Source of the DNA: Actinomycetales bacterium
Lineage (GTDB): Bacteria > Actinomycetota > Actinomycetes > Actinomycetales > CAVURS01
Direction of reading: 5' to 3'
NCBI GenBank assembly: GCA_045807245.1
Contig: JBJMHS010000078.1
Span: 1 to 64,000, forward strand
Length of the DNA: 64,000 nucleotides
Position 1 is the first letter of the stretch. Each line of letters begins with the position of its first letter. The translations under genes and the position numbers were made by a program. The notes under the pieces are model-generated. The model had not been told where the DNA came from. It worked only from the letters and a program-made list of their open reading frames with translations, and ran no database searches. Below, piece by piece: positions 49,838 to 59,868 of this stretch.

Positions 49838-50537
49838 CACCGGCCTCCGGCGGTCCGCCCCGTGCACCAGGTGGCCGCGGTCCCCACGTCTGGTCCGGCA
49901 CCCCGGGCGGGAGCAGCCGGCGCCGCCCGGGCGATCCGGTGCCATGGGCGTCGCTCTCGCCCGGCTCCTTGGCCCCTGGCCACGGCTTGCTCACCCGGGC
50001 GGCCAGGACGAACGACTTGCGCAGCGGCGTCCCTTCGAAACCCTCGGGCAGCAGCAGCGGGCGCAGGCCGAGCCCAGTGCCGTCGTCGAACCGGTCGAAC
50101 GGCACACCGAACATCTCGAACGTCTCGCGCTCGTGCCAGGCCGCGCCCGGCCAGAGGTCCGTGACGCTGGCCAGCGCCGTCCCTTCCGGCACCCGCGTCC
50201 GGACCAGCAGCCGGTCGAGCCCTGAGCCGGGTTCGGCCGGCGGGTGCACCAGGTGCACCACCACGTCGAAGCCCGCCGGGTCCGCGTCGGTCTGGTCGAC
50301 GGCCGACAGCCAGTCGAAGAAGTCCAGACCCAGCTCGTCGCGGGCGAAGGAGAGAGCGTCGTGCCAGCGAGAGTGCGGAACGACCACGCCGCTCGTGCCG
50401 GCCACGTCCTCGCCGATGACCTCGTCCCCGGGGGCGGCGACGACCTCGACGACATCGGCGGCGACGTCGCCGCCCGAGCCGACGGCGAGCGCCGCGGCGA
50501 ACCGACCGGCCAGCTCCTCGACGGTCCCCAGGCTCAT
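49830..50537 (-). CDS. nuoC: NADH-quinone oxidoreductase subunit C
   Basis: [26 protein letters not shown]. Confidence 0.9.
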   Translation of the reverse strand: MSLGTVEELAGRFAAALAVGSGGDVAADVVEVVAAPGDEVIGEDVAGTSGVVVPHSRWHDALSFARDELGLDFFDWLSAVDQTDADPAGFDVVVHLVHPPAEPGSGLDRLLVRTRVPEGTALASVTDLWPGAAWHERETFEMFGVPFDRFDDGTGLGLRPLLLPEGFEGTPLRKSFVLAARVSKPWPGAKEPGESDAHGTGSPGRRRLLPPGVPDQTWGPRPPGARGGPPEAGDE

Positions 50538-51184
50538 CCCGACCCTCCCGAGCCGGCGGTCGCGGGCGACACGTGGGCAGCCACGCGACCGCCGGCGTCG
50601 GCGCGCAGCAGCGGGCGGTTGGCCTCGGCGGCGGTGACGCTCGACCGGACCGAACGCTCACCGATCGCTGCGCCGGACACCTGCTCGGCCGCGATCTTCT
50701 GCTGCAGCCGGATGATCCCGTGCAGCAGGCCCTCCGGACGCGGCGGGCATCCCGGCACGTACACGTCGACCGGGATGACCTGGTCCACACCCTTGGTGAC
50801 GCAGTAGCTGTCCCAGTACGGGCCGCCGGAGTTGGAGCAGGCGCCGAACGAGATCACGTACTTCGGCTCCGGCATCTGCTCGTAGAGCCGGCGCACAGCA
50901 GGCGCCATCTTGTCCGTGACCGTCCCGGACACGACCATGAGGTCGGCCTGCCGGGGCCCGGGCGCGAACGGGATGACCCCGAGCCGGATGAAGTCGTGCC
51001 GGGCCATGCTGGCCGCGATGAACTCGATGGCACAGCAGGCCAGGCCGAAGTTGAAGACCCACAGGCTGTAGCGGCGCCCCCAGTTGAGGACCAGCCGCAG
51101 CGGGCGCGGGGCCACCTCGGCCAACGGGCCCACGGTCGGCATCGGCAGCGCGGTCCGGCCGGACCCCTCGGCGGTCGTCGCCAT
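50534..51184 (-). CDS. nuoB: NADH-quinone oxidoreductase subunit B
   Basis: [25 protein letters not shown]. Confidence 0.95.
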   Translation of the reverse strand: MATTAEGSGRTALPMPTVGPLAEVAPRPLRLVLNWGRRYSLWVFNFGLACCAIEFIAASMARHDFIRLGVIPFAPGPRQADLMVVSGTVTDKMAPAVRRLYEQMPEPKYVISFGACSNSGGPYWDSYCVTKGVDQVIPVDVYVPGCPPRPEGLLHGIIRLQQKIAAEQVSGAAIGERSVRSSVTAAEANRPLLRADAGGRVAAHVSPATAGSGGSG

Positions 51185-51555
51185 CACACCCACCGGAGCA
51201 GGCCGCGCCGGGCCGCATGCAGGAGCCCGACAGCCAGGACGCCCAGGAAGACCGCCATCTCGACCAGCGTCGCCGCGCCGAAGCCCGGCAGCCGCAGCAG
51301 GGTCGCCCACGGGAAGAGGTAGACCGCGTCGACCGCGAACACGACGTACAGGTAGGCGTACAGGTAGTACCGGATCTGGGTCTGGGCCCAGCCCTCACCG
51401 ACCGGGTCGACGCCGCACTCGTACGTCGTGAGCTTGGCCCGGCTCGGTGCGCGCGGTCGCAGCAGCCGCCCGCCCACGGCAGCAGCGACGAAGAGCAGCA
51501 CGCCAGTCAGCGCGACGAGCCCGACGATCGCGTACGGCGGCAGCGTCCCGTGCAC
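51184..51555 (-). CDS. nuoA: NADH-quinone oxidoreductase subunit A
   Basis: [21 protein letters not shown]. Confidence 0.92.
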   Translation of the reverse strand: MHGTLPPYAIVGLVALTGVLLFVAAAVGGRLLRPRAPSRAKLTTYECGVDPVGEGWAQTQIRYYLYAYLYVVFAVDAVYLFPWATLLRLPGFGAATLVEMAVFLGVLAVGLLHAARRGLLRWV

Positions 51556-51564
51556 CCGCCAACC

Positions 51565-52176
51565 CTAGTCCGAGGGCTCCTGCGCGCTGCTCGACGACCA
51601 GGTCCAGTGGAAGGTCTGCGCACATGCGTCGAACGTCGCCTCGAGCAACGGCCACAGCGGCACGCACGGGGACGCCATCGTCAGCAGTGCCACGCGCGGC
51701 CGGCCCGGCCACGGGACCAGCAGCTGCCAGCAGCGGCTGGCCGCCGCGCCGCCCGCGCCGGGTGCGGGTGCGCTGCTGGACCAGCACAGGCGTACGGCGG
51801 GTTGCTGGGCCAGCGCGACGATCCGCCCGCCGTCTCGCGCAGCCTCCTGGAGGTCGAAGCCCTCGACCTCCGTCACGACCAGGGTCACGGCCGCCGTGGC
51901 CACCGACTCGCCGTCGCGTTCGGCGAGGAGGCTGACCCGCTGCGCGCCCTGGAGCCAGGCCAGCGCGCCGTCGCGCTCGAGCAGGCCCTGCAGCTCGGAC
52001 CGACGCGGACCGAGCGCCGGCTCTTCGCTGACCCGCCGCCGTACCGCTCGCCGAACGCTCTCCGCACGATGCTCCGGGCGGACGTCCAGATGCAGCCATC
52101 CGGCCGGCAACAGGTACGCATACCCGTCGGGCGGAGGCAAGGGGCTGGTCGATCCCGCGATGGGGGGCCGGTTCAC
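51565..52176 (-). CDS. Hypothetical protein co-transcribed with the WXG100-like genes
   Basis: GTGA overlap; LLPAGW.HLD...FDACAQTFHW. Confidence 0.55.
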   Translation of the reverse strand: MNRPPIAGSTSPLPPPDGYAYLLPAGWLHLDVRPEHRAESVRRAVRRRVSEEPALGPRRSELQGLLERDGALAWLQGAQRVSLLAERDGESVATAAVTLVVTEVEGFDLQEAARDGGRIVALAQQPAVRLCWSSSAPAPGAGGAAASRCWQLLVPWPGRPRVALLTMASPCVPLWPLLEATFDACAQTFHWTWSSSSAQEPSD

Positions 52177-53423
52177 CGAGCCACGTGCGGCCGGGTGACC
52201 CCCGGCCGGCCGACTCCCGGACGGGCGAGCCCCGGACGGACCGGTTCCCGGTGCTCCGGCACCCGACGGTGGTCACTCGGCCACCCGAGCTGTTGACCCA
52301 GGGCGACCTCGTTGTGCGCGATATCCACGGCATAGGTGCCGGTCACCAGGGTCAGCCCGCGGGGTCCGTGCGCCGCCTCGGCCCGGGCCACCTCGTGAGC
52401 GAACCCACCCGGGCTGTTCACGAACGCCGACGCGGCCAGCCTCCTCCCGGTCCAGGCGCGGGCGTACGGGACGCGCAGCAGACGGGCCGCGGCCGTGAGG
52501 TCGCGGACGCCTTCGGTCAGGTCGGCCGCCACCCGCGGTGCCGCCACCCGTGCGGCGGACCGCGCGACGCCTGCACTGCCTGCGACGCCCCGGGGAAGCA
52601 TCGCAGCCGTCCGCAGCATCCGTCCGGCCGGCACGACACCGAGTGCGTCGAAGGCCAGGGTCCCGGCGCCCGTGTCGCCGGACGCGACGAGCAGCCCGTC
52701 CGTCGCGAGGGCGACCAGTCCGGCCGCCAGGGCTGCGGCTCCCACGATCTCGCCGACCCCGGGGACCGGGCACAGCACGAAGGCGGCCACGCCCAGGCCC
52801 GTGGAGACCAGACCCGCGATGCGCGAGACGGACCGGAGCAAGCGTCGCCACGGGGAGGCGTTCCGCAGCCGGTCATGGCCGGCGGCCGCGAGGCTGCGCG
52901 CACACCGGGCCGCTGCCAGGTCGCGCTCGGCACACGCTCGGTCGAGCTCTGCGCGCGCGTGGTCGACCTCGCCAAGCACGAACAGCGACGGGACGGGGCC
53001 GGACGCCAACACCGTGGTCACTGCCAACGGCGTGCCGGGCGCCACACCGCCACGCGCTTGGGCCTCGCGGGCCGCGTCCAAGGCGGCCCGAGCCCGGCGC
53101 TGCGCCGACTCGAGTGCAGGTGCGAACTCGCGCAACGACCGAGCCACCCGCTGGAACCGCCCGGCGACGGCGTCCAGGTCCGGCGGCAGGTGCCGGACCC
53201 GCTCCCGGAACGCCTCGGCGGCCGCCCCCGTCCACAGCGTCGCCCCGCCCGTCGCGCACCGATCGATCGACGACCCGGCCAGGCGGCGTACGTCGACCGC
53301 CAGCGCGCCCACCCGCTCCGCCTGCCCGGCGTACCCGTCCGCCAGAGCCCGCACCGCCTGCGGGTCACCGGGCACCGGGTCCCAGCCGGCCAGCGGCTGC
53401 CAGTCCGCGCACGCGGCGTTCAT
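52173..53423 (-). CDS. Putative type VII secretion substrate with an N-terminal WXG100-like domain
   Basis: DWQPL..DPVPGDP, WTGAAAEAF (WxG), hydrophobic central segment. Confidence 0.68.
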   Translation of the reverse strand: MNAACADWQPLAGWDPVPGDPQAVRALADGYAGQAERVGALAVDVRRLAGSSIDRCATGGATLWTGAAAEAFRERVRHLPPDLDAVAGRFQRVARSLREFAPALESAQRRARAALDAAREAQARGGVAPGTPLAVTTVLASGPVPSLFVLGEVDHARAELDRACAERDLAAARCARSLAAAGHDRLRNASPWRRLLRSVSRIAGLVSTGLGVAAFVLCPVPGVGEIVGAAALAAGLVALATDGLLVASGDTGAGTLAFDALGVVPAGRMLRTAAMLPRGVAGSAGVARSAARVAAPRVAADLTEGVRDLTAAARLLRVPYARAWTGRRLAASAFVNSPGGFAHEVARAEAAHGPRGLTLVTGTYAVDIAHNEVALGQQLGWPSDHRRVPEHREPVRPGLARPGVGRPGVTRPHVAR

Positions 53424-53719
53424 GGCGAGCGCACCGGGGCGGGCGTGGCGGCGCGGGTCACCTCCCGCTCCACGTCGCCGTACACCTCGGCCGCCGCGGC
53501 GGCGGCCCGGGCCGCACCGTCGAGCTCGGCGCGGATCCGGCCGCGCGCGTGAGACCAGCTCGCGGCGACCTCGTGCAGGGCCGACGCCACCTGAGCCGCG
53601 CCGACGAGGCCGTGAAGATCCTCGGCCGGGCGGACGCCGACCTCACCCAACGCCGCCTCGGCCGCGGCCAGGCCACGGGACAGTACGGCGAGCTGGTCCG
53701 GATCGACCGAGAAGTCCAT
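53420..53719 (-). CDS. Small WXG100-like helical protein
   Basis: 99 aa, F.VDPDQL...W...Y..VE pattern; ATGA overlap. Confidence 0.6.
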   Translation of the reverse strand: MDFSVDPDQLAVLSRGLAAAEAALGEVGVRPAEDLHGLVGAAQVASALHEVAASWSHARGRIRAELDGAARAAAAAAEVYGDVEREVTRAATPAPVRSP

Positions 53720-53865
53720 GGCCCGGGACCGTAACCGCCCGGTCTGTCCGCGGGCCGGAGTTATCCACAGCGAACGGAGACCGGGAGATATGCTGACCCG
53801 CGCGTCAGTCCGGGCTGCCGGACTCCCCACACGTCCGTCCCGCCCACCCTCGGCCCGGAGTATTG

Positions 53866-54762
53866 ATGACCCCCTCGTTCGCCCGTCGCCACCGCCTGTC
53901 CGCCGCGGGCGGGGCCCTGCTCGCCCTGGCCACCCTGACCATCGCCGGCTGCGCCCCGAGTGACAGCACCGGCAAGACCTCGGCCGGCTCGAGCGCCTCC
54001 GCGACCACCAACGCCTGCACCAAGGCGAACCTGCAGACGCAGACCCCGGGCACGCTGACCATCGCCACGGACCAGCCGGTGTACGAGCCCTGGTTCGCCG
54101 ACAACAAGCCCGAGAACAAGCAGGGGTTCGAGTCGGCCGTCGCGTACGCGGTCGCGTCCAAGCTCGGCTACGCCGACGCGGACGTGAAGTGGGTGCGGGC
54201 CCACTTCGACGACGTGATCTCGCCGACGCCGAAGAAGTTCGACTTCGACATCAACGAGTTCTCGATCACCGACGTGCGCAAGAAGGTCGTCGACTTCTCG
54301 ACCGGCTACTACGACGTCACCCAGGCGGTCGTCACCATCAAGGGCAGCAAGGTCGACGGCGCCACGTCGCTGGCTGCCCTGAAGGACGCGAAGCTCGGGG
54401 CGCAGAAGGGGACGACGTCGTACGACGCGATCGGGGCGACCATCAAGCCGACTCAGGCCCCCGCCGTCTTCAACACCAATGACTTGGCCGTGCAGGCGTT
54501 GAAGAACAAGCAGATCGACGGGCTGGTCGTCGACCTTCCCACTGCGCTGTACATCGCAGCGGCCCAGGTCAAGGGCGGCGTCGTCGTCGGCCAGTTCCCG
54601 TCGACGGGCGCGCCGGAGCAGTTCGGCCTGCTGCTTGGCAAGGGCAGCGCGATCACCTCCTGCATGTCGCAGGCCGTCGATGCGCTGCGCAAGGACGGCA
54701 CGCTGGCCCAGCTGGCCACCCAATGGCTGACCGGCACCAATGGCGCGCCCGTCCTGCAGTGA
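53866..54762 (+). CDS. Polar amino-acid ABC substrate-binding lipoprotein
   Basis: Lipobox IAGC; GFESAVA, VDFSTGYY, GAQKGTT. Confidence 0.9.
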   Translation: MTPSFARRHRLSAAGGALLALATLTIAGCAPSDSTGKTSAGSSASATTNACTKANLQTQTPGTLTIATDQPVYEPWFADNKPENKQGFESAVAYAVASKLGYADADVKWVRAHFDDVISPTPKKFDFDINEFSITDVRKKVVDFSTGYYDVTQAVVTIKGSKVDGATSLAALKDAKLGAQKGTTSYDAIGATIKPTQAPAVFNTNDLAVQALKNKQIDGLVVDLPTALYIAAAQVKGGVVVGQFPSTGAPEQFGLLLGKGSAITSCMSQAVDALRKDGTLAQLATQWLTGTNGAPVLQ

Positions 54763-54768
54763 GCCACG

Positions 54769-55623
54769 GTGACTGACGGCTGGCAGCCGTCGGCGATCCA
54801 GCAGGACCGGATCGCCTACCGCCGCAGCCGAACCCTGCGCAGTGCGTCCATCGCGGCGGTCAGCACCGTCGCCGTCCTGGTCGTCCTGGCCGTCGCCGTG
54901 TCACGCACGCCGGGCTGGCCGCGCGTCAAGGAGACGTTCTTCGACATCCACTACGGGTGGCAGGTCCTGCCCGATGTCGCGAAGGGCCTCTGGCTGAACG
55001 TCCAGGTCATGGTCGTCGCCGAGATCGCCATCCTGATCCTCGGCCTCCTGCTGGCCTCGGTGCGGACGCTGCGCGGACCCGTGTCCTTCCCCCTCCGCGC
55101 GGCCGCAACGGCGTACGTCGACATCTTCCGCGGGTTGCCCTTGCTGATCGTGATCCTGTTGTGCGGGTTCGGAGTTCCGGCCCTGGGCCTGCACGGCGTC
55201 ACGATCAGCGTCCGCTTCTGGGGGACCGTCGCGCTGGTCCTGACCTACACCGCGTACGTCGCCGAGGTGCTGCGCGCGGGCATGGAGTCGGTCCACCCGA
55301 GCCAGCGCGCGGCGGCGCGGTCGCTGGGCTTGTCCCATCTGCAGACCCTGCGTTATGTGGTTGCGCCGCAAGGGATCCGGCGCGTCGTACCGGCATTGCT
55401 GAACGACCTCGTGTCGCTGCAGAAGGACTCCGGACTGATCTCGCTGCTCGGCGTCACCGACGCGATCCAGGCCGCGCAGATCCACGTGGCCCAGACGTTC
55501 AACGAGACCCCGCTCATCGTCGCGGCGCTGCTGTTCGTCCTGCTGACCATCCCGATGACCCGGTTCACGGACTGGGTGGCCCGGCGTCAGGGCGCCAACC
55601 TGGTCGGCGGCGGTGTCGTGTGA
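54769..55623 (+). CDS. Amino-acid ABC permease
   Basis: YVDIFRGLP, AYVAEVLRAG, QRAAARSLGL, KDSGL. Confidence 0.92.
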   Translation: MTDGWQPSAIQQDRIAYRRSRTLRSASIAAVSTVAVLVVLAVAVSRTPGWPRVKETFFDIHYGWQVLPDVAKGLWLNVQVMVVAEIAILILGLLLASVRTLRGPVSFPLRAAATAYVDIFRGLPLLIVILLCGFGVPALGLHGVTISVRFWGTVALVLTYTAYVAEVLRAGMESVHPSQRAAARSLGLSHLQTLRYVVAPQGIRRVVPALLNDLVSLQKDSGLISLLGVTDAIQAAQIHVAQTFNETPLIVAALLFVLLTIPMTRFTDWVARRQGANLVGGGVV

Positions 55624-56369
55624 GCGAACCGCTGGTCGAGATCTCCGGGCTCCGCAAGGCGTACGGCGAGCACGTCGTCCTGCGGGACCTCTCCCTGTCG
55701 GTGGCGCCCCACGAGTGTGTCGTGCTCATCGGCTCGTCCGGATCCGGCAAGTCGACGCTGTTGCGTTGCGTCAACCTGCTCGAGGTCGTGGACGACGGCG
55801 TCATCCGGCTCGAGGGCCGCGACATCACCGACCCGCGGGTGGACGCCGACGAGGTGCGCACGCGGGTCGGCATCGTGTTCCAGTCGTTCAACCTGTTCCC
55901 GCACCTGAGGGTGCTCGACAACGTCGCCCTGGCGCCGCGCAAGGTCCACCGCATCGCGCGCGACGCGGCCGAGGATCGCGCCATGGCCATGCTCGACCGG
56001 GTCGGTCTGCGCGAGAAGGCGCGCAGCTATCCCGACGAGCTCTCCGGCGGACAGCAGCAGCGAGTCGCCATCGCCCGAGCCCTGGTCAACGAGCCCGTGC
56101 TGATGCTGTTCGACGAGGTGACCTCGGCGCTCGACCCGGAGCTGGTCGCGGAGGTGCTGGCCATGCTGCGTGACCTCAAGGCGGAGGGCCTGACGATGAT
56201 CGTCGCCACCCACGAGATGGGCTTCGCCCGGGAGGTGGCCGACGAGGTCTGCTTCCTGGACGGCGGCACCGTGCACGAGCGCGGGCCGGCTGCCCAGGTG
56301 CTCCAGGCTCCGCACGAGGCGCGCACGCAGCAGTTCCTGCGCCGGATCGTCGACGCCGGCCGGCTCTGA
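55620..56369 (+). CDS. Amino-acid ABC ATP-binding protein
   Basis: GSSGSGKST, FQSFNLFPH, LSGGQQQR, FDEVTSALDPE. Confidence 0.93.
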   Translation: MSEPLVEISGLRKAYGEHVVLRDLSLSVAPHECVVLIGSSGSGKSTLLRCVNLLEVVDDGVIRLEGRDITDPRVDADEVRTRVGIVFQSFNLFPHLRVLDNVALAPRKVHRIARDAAEDRAMAMLDRVGLREKARSYPDELSGGQQQRVAIARALVNEPVLMLFDEVTSALDPELVAEVLAMLRDLKAEGLTMIVATHEMGFAREVADEVCFLDGGTVHERGPAAQVLQAPHEARTQQFLRRIVDAGRL

Positions 56370-56402
56370 CCGGTTGCCGGCCACCACGCCACACTGTGCG
56401 TC

Positions 56403-57917
56403 ATGGCGGACTTCGTCGGGGCGGTCGACCAGGGGACGACCAGCACGCGGTTCATGATCTTCGACCACAGTGGGCGCGAGGTCGGCCGCAGCCAGTTCGA
56501 GCACGAGCAGGTCATGCCGAGGGCCGGCTGGGTCGAGCACGACCCGATGGAGATCTGGCAGCGCACGATCCGGGTGTTCCGGTCGGCGCTGCGCGGGCGG
56601 AACCTGACCGGCTCGGACCTGGCCGCGATCGGCATCACGAACCAACGCGAGACCACGGTCGTGTGGAACCGCCGGACCGGCACGCCGTACTACAACGCCA
56701 TCGTGTGGCAGGACACCCGCACCGACCGGATCGCACGACGGCTCGAGCAGGACGGTCACGCCGAACTGATCCGCCGCAAGGCCGGCCTGCCACCCGCGAC
56801 CTACTTCGCCGGCGGCAAGGTGCGCTGGCTCCTGGACAACGTGGACGGCCTCAGAGCGGATGCCGCCACGGGGGACGCGTTGTTCGGCACCATAGACACC
56901 TGGCTCATCTGGAACCTCACCGGCGGCACCGATGGCGGCAGCCACGTGACCGACGTCACGAACGCCAGCCGCACCATGTTGATGGACCTCGAGACCCGAG
57001 AGTGGGACGACGAGCTGCTCGACCTGTTCGGGGTCCCGCGAGCAATGCTGCCGGAGATCCGGCCGTCATCAGACCCGCAGGGGTACGGCGAGGTGCGCGC
57101 GCCCTCCGAGGTCGCGGGGGTCCCGCTCACGGGCGACCTCGGCGACCAGCACGCGGCGATGGTGGGGCAGGTGTGCCTGCAACCCGGCGAGGCCAAGAAC
57201 ACCTACGGCACAGGCAACTTCATGCTGCTCAACACCGGCGAGCAGCTGGTCCGCAGCCAGAGTGGTCTGCTGACGACACCGTGCTACCAGTTCGACCACG
57301 CCCCGACCGTCTTCGCGCTCGAGGGGTCGATCGCCGTGACCGGGTCGGCGGTCCAGTGGCTGCGCGACCAGCTGGGCGTCATCTCGACGGCCGCAGAGGT
57401 CGAGGACCTGGCCCGGCAGGTCGACGACAACGGCGGTGTCTACTTCGTCCCCGCCTTCTCCGGGCTGTTCGCGCCGTACTGGCGCAGCGACGCCCGCGGC
57501 GCCATCGTCGGGCTGTCCCGCTTCGACACCAAGGCGCACCTGGCGCGGGCCACGCTGGAGTCCATCTGTTACCAGTCGCGCGACGTCGCGGATGCCATGG
57601 CCAAGGACTCCGGCGTTCCGTTCGAGGTGCTCAAGGTCGACGGCGGCGTGACGTCCAACGAGCTCTGCATGCAGATGCAGGCCGACATTCTCGGCGTACC
57701 CGTCAGCCGCCCGGTGGTCGCCGAGACCACCGCCTTGGGTGCGGCGTACAGCGCCGGCCTCGCGGTCGGGTTCTGGTCCGGCCCGCTCGAGCTGACCGCC
57801 AACTGGCACGAGTCGAAGCGCTGGGAACCGCAGTGGAGCGAGGACCAGCGCGAGTCCGGGTACGCCGGGTGGCGCAAGGCGGTCGAGCGGACGCTGGGGT
57901 GGGTGGACGTCGACTGA
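56403..57917 (+). CDS. glpK: Glycerol kinase
   Basis: [38 protein letters not shown]. Confidence 0.96.
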   Translation: MADFVGAVDQGTTSTRFMIFDHSGREVGRSQFEHEQVMPRAGWVEHDPMEIWQRTIRVFRSALRGRNLTGSDLAAIGITNQRETTVVWNRRTGTPYYNAIVWQDTRTDRIARRLEQDGHAELIRRKAGLPPATYFAGGKVRWLLDNVDGLRADAATGDALFGTIDTWLIWNLTGGTDGGSHVTDVTNASRTMLMDLETREWDDELLDLFGVPRAMLPEIRPSSDPQGYGEVRAPSEVAGVPLTGDLGDQHAAMVGQVCLQPGEAKNTYGTGNFMLLNTGEQLVRSQSGLLTTPCYQFDHAPTVFALEGSIAVTGSAVQWLRDQLGVISTAAEVEDLARQVDDNGGVYFVPAFSGLFAPYWRSDARGAIVGLSRFDTKAHLARATLESICYQSRDVADAMAKDSGVPFEVLKVDGGVTSNELCMQMQADILGVPVSRPVVAETTALGAAYSAGLAVGFWSGPLELTANWHESKRWEPQWSEDQRESGYAGWRKAVERTLGWVDVD

Positions 57918-57999
57918 CAAGCTCGCCGGCCCGAACCTGGGGCTCATCCCACATCGCGCGGGCTCGAAGCCTACGATGGTGTGGGAGGTTGATACGGCG

Positions 58000-59868
58000 A
58001 TGAGCACCAAACAGGTGCAGCGGATCGATCAGGTCGTCATACGCTTCGCCGGGGACAGCGGTGACGGCATGCAGCTCACCGGCGATCGGTTCACCTCCGA
58101 GACGGCTGTTCTGGGCAACGACCTCTCGACGCTGCCGAACTTCCCGGCCGAGATCCGCGCCCCCCAAGGGACGCTCCCGGGTGTCTCGAGCTTCCAGCTC
58201 CACTTCGCCGACCACGACGTCATGACCCCGGGGGACGCACCGGACGTCCTGGTCGCGATGAACCCGGCGGCCCTGAAGGCGAACCTGACCGATCTGCCCC
58301 GCGGCGCGACGCTGATCGTCGACACCGACGAGTTCACCCCACGGAACCTGAAGAAGGTCGGGTACGCCGCCAGCCCGCTCGACGACGGCAGCCTGGACAG
58401 CTACCACGTCCACGCGCTCGGACTGACGTCCATCACGGTCGAGGCGCTCACGTCGTACAGCCTCACGCGCAAGGACAAGGAACGGGCGAAGAACATGTTC
58501 GCCCTCGGCCTGCTGTCGTGGCTGTACCACCGTCCGACCGAGGGCACCGAGACCTTCCTCAAGACGAAGTTCGGGGCCAAGCCGGACATCCTCGAGGCCA
58601 ACCTGGCCGCGCTGCACGCCGGCTGGAACTACGGCGAGACGACCGAGGACTTCGCGGTCTCGTACGAGATCGCACCCGCGCCGACGCCGGCCGGCACCTA
58701 CCGGAACGTCACCGGCAACACGGCACTCGCATTCGGCCTGGTGGCCGCCGCTCACCGCGCGCGGCGTCCGCTCGTGCTCGGTGCGTATCCGATCACGCCG
58801 GCCAGCGACGTCCTGCACCTGCTCGCGTCGCTCAAACGGTTCGGGGTCACCACGATCCAGGCCGAGGACGAGATCGCCGGCATCGGAGCGGCGCTCGGCG
58901 CGTCGTACGGCGGGGCGATCGGCGTGACGACGACATCGGGCCCGGGCATCGCGCTCAAGGGGGAGACGATCGGCCTGGCCGTGTCCCTGGAGCTGCCGCT
59001 CGTCATCTGTGACATCCAGCGCGGCGGACCGTCCACGGGCCTGCCGACGAAGACCGAACAGGCCGACCTGCTCCAGGCCATGTTCGGCCGCAACGGGGAG
59101 GCGCCGCTGCCGGTGGTCGCACCGTGCTCGCCGGTCGACTGCTTCGACACTGCGCTCGAGGCGGTGCGGATCGCGACGACCTACCGCACACCGGTCATGC
59201 TGCTCTCGGACGGCTACCTCGCGAACGGCTCCGAGCCCTGGCGCCTGCCGTTGGTCGCCGACCTCCCCGACCTCACGGTCGCGAACGCCGACGGGCCCAA
59301 CGGCGAGAACGCCGACGGGACAGCGGCTTTCCGGCCGTACCTGCGCGACCCGGAGACGCTGGCGCGGCCATGGGCGCCCCCTGGTACGCCGGGCCTCGAG
59401 CACCGCATCGGCGGGATCGAGAAGGAGGACGTCACCGGGGACATCAGCTACGACCCCGAGAACCACGACCACATGGTCCGGCTGCGTCAGGCCCGAGTGG
59501 ACGGCATCGCGGCGAGCATCCCCTCGCTCGAGGTCGACGACCCTACGGGCGACGCGGACATCCTGGTGCTCGGGTGGGGCTCGACGTACGGGCCCATCGC
59601 GGCGGCCACCCGCCTGGTGCGCGGTGCTGGCGGCCGGGTCGCGCGCGCGCATCTGCGGCACCTGAACCCGTTCCCCGCCAACACCGGCGAGGTGTTGGGC
59701 CGCTACCGGCGCGTGCTGGTGCCGGAGATGAACCTCGGCCAGCTGGCGCTGCTGCTGCGGGCCAAGTACCTGGTCGACGCGGTGGGCTACAACCGGGTCC
59801 GCGGTCTGCCGTTCAAGGCGACCGAGCTGGCTGAGGCGATCTCGATGCAGCTGGAGGAGATCCGATGA
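58000..59868 (+). CDS. korA: 2-oxoacid:ferredoxin oxidoreductase alpha subunit
   Basis: FAGDSGDGMQL, YPITPAS, QAEDE, TSGPG, QRGGPSTG. Confidence 0.9.
   Translation: MSTKQVQRIDQVVIRFAGDSGDGMQLTGDRFTSETAVLGNDLSTLPNFPAEIRAPQGTLPGVSSFQLHFADHDVMTPGDAPDVLVAMNPAALKANLTDLPRGATLIVDTDEFTPRNLKKVGYAASPLDDGSLDSYHVHALGLTSITVEALTSYSLTRKDKERAKNMFALGLLSWLYHRPTEGTETFLKTKFGAKPDILEANLAALHAGWNYGETTEDFAVSYEIAPAPTPAGTYRNVTGNTALAFGLVAAAHRARRPLVLGAYPITPASDVLHLLASLKRFGVTTIQAEDEIAGIGAALGASYGGAIGVTTTSGPGIALKGETIGLAVSLELPLVICDIQRGGPSTGLPTKTEQADLLQAMFGRNGEAPLPVVAPCSPVDCFDTALEAVRIATTYRTPVMLLSDGYLANGSEPWRLPLVADLPDLTVANADGPNGENADGTAAFRPYLRDPETLARPWAPPGTPGLEHRIGGIEKEDVTGDISYDPENHDHMVRLRQARVDGIAASIPSLEVDDPTGDADILVLGWGSTYGPIAAATRLVRGAGGRVARAHLRHLNPFPANTGEVLGRYRRVLVPEMNLGQLALLLRAKYLVDAVGYNRVRGLPFKATELAEAISMQLEEIR

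Noticed and set aside
53761..53769. Replication origin
   Set aside because: Single DnaA box with no dnaA/dnaN or box cluster
57703..59661. Long antisense and alternative-frame ORFs here and throughout (e.g. 44002-46188, 15491-17167)
   Set aside because: Shadow ORFs expected in high-GC DNA; they overlap well-supported genes and have Arg/Gly/Pro-rich, motif-free translations
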